Shown here piece after piece: positions 25,062 to 32,000 of a stretch of DNA of 32,000 bases. The position numbers were made by a program, and so were the translations under genes. The stretch is taken from assembly GCA_934691225.1 (NCBI GenBank), contig CAKUSQ010000001.1:120001-152000 (forward strand). Direction: 5' to 3'. The stretch's first letter is position 1. The number at the start of each line of letters is the position of its first letter. The stretch is from an uncultured Opitutales bacterium. GTDB lineage: Bacteria > Verrucomicrobiota > Verrucomicrobiia > Opitutales > UBA9783. The notes under the pieces were generated by a model that was not told the origin of the DNA, ran no database searches, and was given only the letters and a program-made list of their open reading frames with translations.

Positions 25062-25936
25062 GCATTTTTATCGATTCAAACACACGCATTTTAATCCAAG
25101 GAATAACGGGAAAAACAGGATTGTTCCATTCAAAACAATGCCTGGATTACGGAAGCAACATCGTTGCGGGTGTAACCCCTGGGAAAGGTGGTCAGAAAGT
25201 GCATGGTTGCATTCCTGTATTTAATTCCGTTGCTGAAGCCTGCGATGCTACACATCCCAATGCTTCCATGATTCTTGTTCCACCAACTTTAGCTGCAGAT
25301 TCCATTTTAGAAGCTATCGATGCAGAAATTCCTCTTGTTGTATGTATCACAGAAGGGATTCCTGTGCACGATATGATTCTTGTTCGTAGAAAACTTATGG
25401 GCAACAAAACACGCCTTATTGGTCCCAATTCTCCAGGATTAATGTCACCAGGAAAATGTAAAATGGGCATTATGCCAGCAGCTATTCATAAAGAAGGTTC
25501 GATTGGTATCGTTTCACGTTCTGGAACGCTCACCTATGAAGCTGTTTGGCAACTAACTGAAAAAAGATACGGTCAATCTACAACCGTAGGCATTGGTGGA
25601 GATCCCATTATTGGTACCACTTATATCGATGTACTTAAAGCTTTTAATGAAGATCCTCAAACCGAAGGAATTATCCTTATCGGAGAAATCGGTGGATCTG
25701 CTGAAGAATTAGCCGCTGACTACATTCGCCAATTCATAAAAAAACCCGTAGCGGCATTCATTGGTGGTTGCTCTGCTCCATCAGGAAAACGTATGGGACA
25801 TGCAGGTGCTATTGTTTCTGGATCTACAGGAACAGCTGCTTCAAAGATACAAGCGCTTCAAAAAGCAGGTGCAGAAATAGCTCAACATCCTGCCGATATT
25901 GGTTCAGCTATGATACGTGCATTAAAACGAGCATAA
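25058..25936 (+). CDS. sucD: Succinyl-CoA synthetase alpha subunit
   Basis: [20 protein letters not shown], and the active-site His region [12 protein letters not shown] overlap with sucC. Confidence 0.95.
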   Translation: MSIFIDSNTRILIQGITGKTGLFHSKQCLDYGSNIVAGVTPGKGGQKVHGCIPVFNSVAEACDATHPNASMILVPPTLAADSILEAIDAEIPLVVCITEGIPVHDMILVRRKLMGNKTRLIGPNSPGLMSPGKCKMGIMPAAIHKEGSIGIVSRSGTLTYEAVWQLTEKRYGQSTTVGIGGDPIIGTTYIDVLKAFNEDPQTEGIILIGEIGGSAEELAADYIRQFIKKPVAAFIGGCSAPSGKRMGHAGAIVSGSTGTAASKIQALQKAGAEIAQHPADIGSAMIRALKRA

Positions 25937-25940
25937 ATAC

Positions 25941-25964
25941 TCAGGAAAGTTTTACCTTTCCTGA
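25941..25964. terminator. Hairpin between convergent sucD and rsmB
   Basis: 9-bp stem TCAGGAAAG (25941-25949) / CTTTCCTGA (25956-25964) with a 6-nt loop. The flanking T-tracts are weak on both strands. Confidence 0.5.
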
Positions 25965-25981
25965 AATCCATTAAATTTACT

Positions 25982-27241
25982 TTATGCATTGCGTTTTAAA
26001 CAAAACGCACCTCCACCGTCATGTCCATCCACCCAAGGTAAACTCATATGTGACGCTTCTAAAGAAAAATTCGAATTTTCTCGCAAAAAACGATCTACAA
26101 CCTCTTGATTTTCATCCACATCGATGGAGCATGTGCTATAGACCAATAATCCACTCGTACCTACAAAACGACTTGCTTTGCAAAGCAACTCGTACTGAAA
26201 TTTCGGCAAACTAATAAAATCCTCAGGCCGCAATCGATAAACAACATCGGGCTTACGGCGAATAACGCCCGTATTAGAACATGGAACATCGATCAAAACA
26301 CGTTCGTATAACTTTGGTAAATGCATTTCTTCAAAAACATGTTCTGTTAAATTCAAAATATCTTGCTCGACAACATGTACGTTTGAGTAATTAGCAACAT
26401 TATCATACAAACGTTTTGTATGCTTAGGTAAATCCACCGAAACAACTTTAAAAGGAGCTTTAACCTTTTTAGCTAACTGAACTGTTTTTCCACCCGGAGC
26501 TGAACATAAATCCAAAACATTTTGTTCACTTCCAACATTTAACAATTCTACTGGAATTCGTGTCATCGGATCTTGAATGTAAATTTTACCTTGTTTTATC
26601 AAAGCAAAAATATTCTTCCAAATACCTGCGTCTTTAACAGTATAAAAATGAGGCCATCGCGTTTCTTCCATACCTTCCATTACAAAATTTGAATGCACAT
26701 ATGTGGTAGAAAGGCCTTCATTCCACTTTAAAAATTCTAACAAAACTTTTTGTCCATAAACTGAACTATATCGTTCAATAAGCCACTCAGGCGTGCTGTA
26801 ACGCACTGATAATGGCAACAGATCTAACGTTTTAAATTCTGGTAATATTTTTCTTAAAACAGCATTTATAAACTTACATTCTGGTAACGAAAATATTTGC
26901 TTAGATCTACTTATCCAGCCATTCACCAATGGAGCCATTGATTTACTTTTATCACTTGTTGATAAATAAAATTGCAACAAACGTCCTAGTACTAATTTAA
27001 GAAAGCACTTTAACGTCAACTTAGGACTGTAACGCAAACATTTTTTCAAGAAATATTCTATTAAATCATTGCGTTTAACCACATTCAACACATAAGCTCG
27101 ACTAACAACATACATAGGATCTTTTTGAAACAATGCGCTTAAATAATAATTTAATTTTTGGTTAGCCGTTTCCAATTCTGTCAAAACAGACAAAGCTTGT
27201 TGCCAGGGTTGTTGATTTGTTAATAAAAATTTTTTACTCAT
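25982..27241 (-). CDS. rsmB: 16S rRNA (cytosine-C5)-methyltransferase, RsmB/NOL1/NOP2/Sun family
   Basis: SAM motif DLCSAPGGKT. Catalytic motifs IDVPCSNTGVIRRKPD and LVYSTCSI. N-terminal NusB-like helical region. Confidence 0.85.
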   Translation of the reverse strand: MSKKFLLTNQQPWQQALSVLTELETANQKLNYYLSALFQKDPMYVVSRAYVLNVVKRNDLIEYFLKKCLRYSPKLTLKCFLKLVLGRLLQFYLSTSDKSKSMAPLVNGWISRSKQIFSLPECKFINAVLRKILPEFKTLDLLPLSVRYSTPEWLIERYSSVYGQKVLLEFLKWNEGLSTTYVHSNFVMEGMEETRWPHFYTVKDAGIWKNIFALIKQGKIYIQDPMTRIPVELLNVGSEQNVLDLCSAPGGKTVQLAKKVKAPFKVVSVDLPKHTKRLYDNVANYSNVHVVEQDILNLTEHVFEEMHLPKLYERVLIDVPCSNTGVIRRKPDVVYRLRPEDFISLPKFQYELLCKASRFVGTSGLLVYSTCSIDVDENQEVVDRFLRENSNFSLEASHMSLPWVDGHDGGGAFCLKRNA

Positions 27242-27310
27242 TCTTACGATCTTTCTTTCTAAAGGCTTGCTTTTTATTTTTAAAGTGCATAATTTGTTTT
27301 ATTATAAACC

Positions 27311-29164
27311 ATGAATAAAGAAGCAATCGATCTAATTCTGGAACAGAATCCTCAATTAAAAGGTAAACGTCAAGCTTTTGAAGCGTTAAAACCAGGAGCT
27401 TATTGTTGGCATCATAGTTGGGGGGTAGGTTGCATTCAAGAAGAAGACGAAACTAATCATCGCATTATTATAAAATTTGAATCACAAGCAGAATCAAGAT
27501 CTATGGATCCTGCTTTTTGTATTCAAAAACTCGAGATTATTCCTGAAAACCACATTTTGGTTGAAGCACGCCATCATCCCGAGGTTATTCAGGATATGCA
27601 AAAAAATAATCCATGCGAATTAGTTATAAAAGTTCTCAATAGCACACCTTCACACAGCCTAAGCAGTTTAGAATTAGAAAACATTTTAAATCATGTCCTT
27701 TCAAACTTACTAACCATAACCCAGTTTAAGCGTTGGTGGAGTTTGCTTCAAAAAGCCATGATCAAAGATCCTCGTATCAGCACACCTAAGCGCAAAACAG
27801 ATCTTTATCAGTTGCGTGAAGAACCTATTTTGCCTGAACAAGAAATTTTGGAAGAATTTTATTTAACGCGAAGACCTTTAGAAAAAATTTCCTTGGGAGC
27901 AAAATTGTATCAACTAGCTGATAGTATTGATGCAATTAGAAATGATTTACCTCAGGTTTTAGAAGAATTAACGCGCGCCATTAAAAATGCTAAACAACTT
28001 TCGCAAGCACAACGATTAGAAGGTTGTTGGGTACGAAATAATTTAGCTCGTTACCTCCACGAAAATGTTGAAGAATTAGAACCAACATCTCAGTCAATCA
28101 TTCGAGAAAGCGACGATTTATCACGTTTAGCAGAAGATTTACCACACGTATACTACCCTCGCTTTTTGGATCTTTTAACACGAACTTATACAGAACCGAA
28201 TGAGTGGCAGCACATTATCTTAAATTTGCTAAAACATAGTAATGCACGTTTAACCGCTGAATGCATTAACTTTCTAATCGACCATGATTGTGAACAGCGA
28301 CTAAAAGCCGTTTTGAGCAAATGGCTTCAAGAACAAAGCCTACGCAGTTCTGTCATTAGTTGGATTATTAAACATCGCAATCTTCCGCGTTATGCTTCCC
28401 TATTGTCAGATCTTTTAGGTGTTCGTTTATTAAATTGTATCTTTCAGGCAATAGACAGTGATGCACTTAATGTAGCACCTGGACGACGAATTGCGCTCGT
28501 TGAAGAAGTTAATAATGATACAACCTTAATCGCAGATTTACTTAAAGATGCAACCTTAGATTTAGCGAGTGATTTAGCAAGAACACTGCTCATGAATCAA
28601 GGATTTGACACATTAAAGAAGCGTTCTTTGATGGCACGTTTCATTCGTGTATTCCCTGAATTACAACGCTTAATCGATACTAAAGATGCTGCAACCGAAG
28701 AAAGATTTTTAGTTTCTCAAGCGAGTTTGGATGCTGCCAAACAAGAATATTTATCGCTCATTAATGAAAAAATTCCTGCTAACAAAGCGGCTATCGCTGC
28801 TGCACGCGAATTAGGAGATTTGAGTGAAAATTCTGAATACAAAATGGCTCGTCAAGATCAAAGTGTCCTATTAGCTCGCAAATCAATGTTAGAAAGATCT
28901 TTGAATCGCGCGCAAGTAATAAACTTTGACGAAGTTTCAACCGATAAAGTTAATATTGGCACAAAAGTTGTACTGCAAGACGATAAAGGAAAGGAAACAA
29001 CTTACGCTATTTTAGGAGCTTGGGATAGTGATCCAAAAAAGAATGTTTTATCTTACCAAACCCCTCTTGCGAAAGAAATGTTGTACAAAACGCTCGGTTC
29101 CGTCATTACAATGCCTAATGGTCAAGTCTTAAAAATAACTGCCATTAGTCGCTGGGATCAGTAA
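27311..29164 (+). CDS. greA: Long-form transcription elongation factor GreA (N-terminal ~460-aa extension)
   Basis: The C-terminal ~155 aa is a full Gre factor. The coiled coil has ARELGDLSENSEYKMARQDQSVLLARKSMLERSLNRAQVI. The globular domain has VNIGTKVVLQDDKGKETTYAILGAWDSDPKKNVLSYQTPLAKEMLYKTLGSVI. The N-terminal region is not Gre-like. Confidence 0.8.
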   Translation: MNKEAIDLILEQNPQLKGKRQAFEALKPGAYCWHHSWGVGCIQEEDETNHRIIIKFESQAESRSMDPAFCIQKLEIIPENHILVEARHHPEVIQDMQKNNPCELVIKVLNSTPSHSLSSLELENILNHVLSNLLTITQFKRWWSLLQKAMIKDPRISTPKRKTDLYQLREEPILPEQEILEEFYLTRRPLEKISLGAKLYQLADSIDAIRNDLPQVLEELTRAIKNAKQLSQAQRLEGCWVRNNLARYLHENVEELEPTSQSIIRESDDLSRLAEDLPHVYYPRFLDLLTRTYTEPNEWQHIILNLLKHSNARLTAECINFLIDHDCEQRLKAVLSKWLQEQSLRSSVISWIIKHRNLPRYASLLSDLLGVRLLNCIFQAIDSDALNVAPGRRIALVEEVNNDTTLIADLLKDATLDLASDLARTLLMNQGFDTLKKRSLMARFIRVFPELQRLIDTKDAATEERFLVSQASLDAAKQEYLSLINEKIPANKAAIAAARELGDLSENSEYKMARQDQSVLLARKSMLERSLNRAQVINFDEVSTDKVNIGTKVVLQDDKGKETTYAILGAWDSDPKKNVLSYQTPLAKEMLYKTLGSVITMPNGQVLKITAISRWDQ

Positions 29165-29166
29165 TT

Positions 29167-31413
29167 GTGGCTGTGTCCTCCCAAAAATCTAACGATAAAT
29201 CATCCGAATTGAACATTTCGGATGATTTAATTGAATTAAAAGGCGTACTAAAGCGCATTGTTTTCTCAAATCCAGAAAACGCATATTCGGTTTGTCAGCT
29301 CGATCTTGCACATAATCAAGGACTTATTACAATTACAGGCTGTTTTCCTTCCGTACAGTGTGGTGAAACGCTCGTTGTTCGTGGTCAATGGGCCGAGCAT
29401 GAAAAATATGGACGCCAATTTAAATGTCATTCATTTGAAGCCAAACTTCCTGCAGACATTCATGGAATTCGGCGCTATTTAAGCAGTGGCCTTATTCATG
29501 GGATTGGTAAGGAATACGCCAATAAGATTGTAGAATTTTTCGGTGCAGAAACTTTCAATGTGCTTAACCATGCATCCGCTCAATTGTTAAATGTCCCTGG
29601 GATTGGTGAAAAACGTGCTCGCATGATTAAACAAGCTTGGGACGAACAACAAGCTGTGCGCGACACAATGATTTTTCTTCAGGCTTACGGCATAACCAAC
29701 ACACAATGTTTGCGACTTTACCAGCATTATGGCAAAGATACCAAAGCGACCATCGTAAAAAATCCTTATGTTATGGTTAAAGCCATTGAGGGCATAGGTT
29801 TCAAAACCGCAGATAAAATTGCGCTGAATTTAGGTTTGACAGTGGACAGCGATTTTCGAATTGATGCCGGCTTAGAATATGCATTATCTGAATCTGAAAA
29901 CAGTGGTAATACTGGCGAACGTCGCGAAAAACTCATCCATAAAACAGCAGAAATTTTAGAAGCACCCGCTGAAATTATTGCACAGCGACTTCAAAAAATT
30001 TTAAGCGATAACGTTTTATCGGAATATCTTTCCTTGCAAATCTTACAACGACCTCGAATGGCTATACATGAAGCATCTATTGCAAAACATGTGCAAAGAT
30101 TGCACGAAGCTTCATCCCTTTTGCCAAACATACAGGTTGATCAAGCACTTGCTTGGGCAGAAAAAAAATTGCAAATCCAATGGTCTGAAACACAAAAAAC
30201 TGCTTTAAAAAACATTTTAACATCCAAACTTTCCATCTTAACAGGAGGCCCTGGTACAGGAAAAACCACCTTATTGCGCGCACTTGTTGACGTTTTGTCA
30301 GCCAAGCATATACGTTTATGTCTAGCTGCTCCTACAGGAAGAGCAGCCCAAAGAATGTCAGAAACAACCGGCCTTCCGGCTAGAACTGTACACAGAACTT
30401 TAAAATTCGAACCTTCCATTGGACGTTTCACATTCGATGAAGAAAATCCATTACCTATTGATTTTTTAATTTTGGATGAATCCAGCATGTTGGATGTAGC
30501 TCTAACCCATGCTTTGTTACGAGCAATTCCTGATCATGCTCATTTATTATTGGTAGGCGACATTAACCAGTTACCTTCTGTGGGTCCCGGCAATGTGCTC
30601 AATGATTTCATAAACAATGCTTACTTTCATGTTGAATATTTAAGTGAAGTTTTTCGTCAAGGTAAACAAAGTTCAATTGTCGCTACTGCACATAGTATTT
30701 TAGAAGGAAAACAAAAATTAACCTGTCCCATCGTTTTACCTAATGAATCTATAAATTTGGAAGAAGACTTTCATTTTATAAAAATTGATTCACCTCAAAT
30801 CTGTATGGATGTACTGCAAGATTTTTACTGGAAAAAACTTCCAAAATGGTACCATGTAGATCCTATCCGCGATATCCAAGTTTTAGCACCTATGCATCGA
30901 GGAGTTATCGGTATTGACCAAATAAATCAAGTTTTTCAACAGTACCTAGGAACGCAACGCAGAAAATTCGAAATAGGCGCACAAACTTATTTCATTGGCG
31001 ACAAAGTAATTCAACTCAAAAATAATTACGATAAAAACATCTTTAATGGTGATTTAGGATTTGTACAAGACATTGATAATGAAAATTCTAATGTAACTAT
31101 AAATTTCAACAATGAAGAACATGTTTTAACACTAAAAGATTGCTTAGATTTAAAACTAGCTTATGCAATTAGCATTCATAAATCACAAGGAAGCGAATTT
31201 CCCATTGTTATTATTCCTTTGTTCAAACAACACTTTGTTATGCTTAAACGCAATTTACTTTATACCGCCATCACACGCGGACGAAAAAAAGTTTTTATTC
31301 TCGGAGAACCACAAGCTTATTCCATGGCAGTCTATGCACTTGACAGCACTATTCGTTTAACTACACTTAACGATCGCTTAAATTACATGACTAACTCAAT
31401 GACAAACATTTAG
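29167..31413 (+). CDS. recD2: RecD2-type SF1B DNA helicase
   Basis: N-terminal OB-like segment. HhH motifs (GIGKEYANKIVEFFG, PGIGEKRARMI, EGIGFKTADKIA). Walker A GGPGTGKTT, motif II ILDESSM, GDINQLPSVGPG, and C-terminal SIHKSQGSEF ... LLYTAITRGRKKV. GTG start 2 nt after the greA stop. Confidence 0.92.
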   Translation: MAVSSQKSNDKSSELNISDDLIELKGVLKRIVFSNPENAYSVCQLDLAHNQGLITITGCFPSVQCGETLVVRGQWAEHEKYGRQFKCHSFEAKLPADIHGIRRYLSSGLIHGIGKEYANKIVEFFGAETFNVLNHASAQLLNVPGIGEKRARMIKQAWDEQQAVRDTMIFLQAYGITNTQCLRLYQHYGKDTKATIVKNPYVMVKAIEGIGFKTADKIALNLGLTVDSDFRIDAGLEYALSESENSGNTGERREKLIHKTAEILEAPAEIIAQRLQKILSDNVLSEYLSLQILQRPRMAIHEASIAKHVQRLHEASSLLPNIQVDQALAWAEKKLQIQWSETQKTALKNILTSKLSILTGGPGTGKTTLLRALVDVLSAKHIRLCLAAPTGRAAQRMSETTGLPARTVHRTLKFEPSIGRFTFDEENPLPIDFLILDESSMLDVALTHALLRAIPDHAHLLLVGDINQLPSVGPGNVLNDFINNAYFHVEYLSEVFRQGKQSSIVATAHSILEGKQKLTCPIVLPNESINLEEDFHFIKIDSPQICMDVLQDFYWKKLPKWYHVDPIRDIQVLAPMHRGVIGIDQINQVFQQYLGTQRRKFEIGAQTYFIGDKVIQLKNNYDKNIFNGDLGFVQDIDNENSNVTINFNNEEHVLTLKDCLDLKLAYAISIHKSQGSEFPIVIIPLFKQHFVMLKRNLLYTAITRGRKKVFILGEPQAYSMAVYALDSTIRLTTLNDRLNYMTNSMTNI

Positions 31414-31633
31414 CAAAATCCAAATCATTTAAAAGTTTAAATTGAGATTGTAATTTCGAATCTAGTAATTCATTAAAAAATCGCCCTAAGTCTTCATCTA
31501 ATAATATATGTCCACCTAATGACTGTATGATACCATCAATACGATACAAAGGCTCTCGTGAATGCCTCAAATGTATGTCAGATGCTTTAAGCTCTAACCC
31601 CTTCTCAATTATCCCTGCCAGTAGCTCATCCAT
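31391..31633 (-). pseudogene. N-terminal remnant of a PilT/PilU-type retraction ATPase
   Basis: 80-aa ORF. MDELLAGIIEKGLELKASDIHLRHSREPLYRIDGIIQSL ... LLNDLDFA follows the PilT N-terminal domain pattern (ASDLHL ... PxxRxxGxh ... DFS). The ATPase core (Walker A/B, about 260 aa) is absent. Confidence 0.55.
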
Positions 31634-31679
31634 GATTTACCCTACCATAGAATCGTACTAACGTCAATCAATCTCTTTC

Positions 31680-31797
31680 GCCTGGCAATCCCCTACTCTC
31701 ACACCACAGTACATGGCACTACCATCGGCAGCTTAGGGCTTAACGTTCGTGTTCGGTATGTGTACGCGTGTTTCCCCTGCGCTTATCGTCACCAGGC
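31680..31797 (-). rRNA. rrf: 5S ribosomal RNA
   Basis: The reverse complement reads GCCTGGTGACGATAAGCGCAGGGGAAACACGCGTACACATACCGAACACGAACGTTAAGCCC...GAGAGTAGGGGATTGCCAGGC. It has the canonical helix I pairing (GCCTGG/CCAGGC) and the conserved CCGAAC, GTTAAGC and GAGAGTAGG elements. Confidence 0.93.
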
Positions 31798-31902
31798 AAA
31801 TCTTTTTCCTTCAGCTATAACCATAGCTTACTCGCTTTTTTGACCCTTTTTGATGCTTAATGAATATCGCTTCCCAACTACCCATAAACTTACCATAACT
31901 TC

Positions 31903-32000
31903 ACATAAATCTCTCTCAGACCTTTAGTAGTAGTTAGCTCAATACATTGCTGTACTTACACACCTACCCTATCAACCCGGTCGTCTACCGGGATCTTTAC
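31903..32000 (-). rRNA. rrl: 23S ribosomal RNA, 3' terminal ~100 nt (continues beyond the window edge)
   Basis: The reverse complement ...GACGACCGGGTTGATAGGGTAGGTGTGTAAGTACAGCAATGTATTGAGCTAACTACTACTAAAGG aligns to the E. coli 23S 3' end (GACGACGACGTTGATAGGCCGGGTGTGTAAGCGCAGCGATGCGTTGAGCTAACCGGTACTAATG). The exact 3' end (~31903) is estimated by analogy. Confidence 0.85.

Noticed and set aside
30141-30488. 115-aa minus-strand ORF, with a companion 68-aa ORF at 30077-30283.
   Set aside because: Both are antisense to the best-conserved part of recD2 (Walker A through motif II). They have no recognisable motif and are explained by the codon bias of the sense gene.
1-32000. Search for CRISPR arrays, IS elements or transposases, integrases, prophage genes, toxin-antitoxin pairs or restriction-modification genes.
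   Set aside because: No regularly spaced direct repeats are present. No ORF has a transposase, integrase or phage signature. No long terminal inverted repeats are present. The two tRNA genes are not flanked by partial tRNA duplications that would mark an integrated island.

Overview
This is an AT-rich window (by eye high-30s % GC, not computed) from a gene-dense, streamlined bacterial chromosome. I call about 28 protein genes, 2 tRNAs (Ser-UGA, Val-UAC), a 5S rRNA and the 3' end of a 23S rRNA. I saw no transposase, integrase, phage gene or CRISPR array.

Most of the content is housekeeping:
- Translation: rpsR, rpsB-tsf, rpsU, ksgA, rsmB, dus.
- Anaerobe-type central metabolism: class II fumarase-family lyase, 1175-aa pyruvate:ferredoxin oxidoreductase, small ferredoxin, sucCD, glyA, gamma-carbonic-anhydrase-like protein.
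- Cell envelope and division: FtsB-like, RodZ, FtsA.
- Transcription: rpoN, one orphan sigma-54 enhancer-binding response regulator, long-form GreA.
- DNA metabolism: RecD2.

Genes are tightly packed, with several ATGA start/stop overlaps and 0-2 nt gaps. Clear Shine-Dalgarno sequences appear only on ribosomal protein genes.

The lineage cannot be assigned from the window. The long GreA, RodZ, sigma-54 with an NtrC-type regulator, and the reductive features are compatible with a PVC-like or other reduced, host-associated anaerobe. That is only a guess.

Loci worth a second look:
1. An operon with a short GspA/ExeA-like ATPase, two tandem GspB-like bitopic proteins and a glycine-zipper/coiled-coil lipoprotein, with no other secretion genes nearby.
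2. A 617-aa GreA whose N-terminus looks like a Tudor/CarD-RID-type RNAP-binding module, abutted to recD2.
3. An ftsA outside any dcw context, behind a 563-aa Cys-rich exported protein of unknown function.
4. A pilT N-terminal remnant whose homology ends where the recD2 3' end begins, just downstream of the rrn operon.
5. Marked cysteine enrichment of otherwise conserved enzymes.

All homology statements come from motif recognition by eye. No database search was run.
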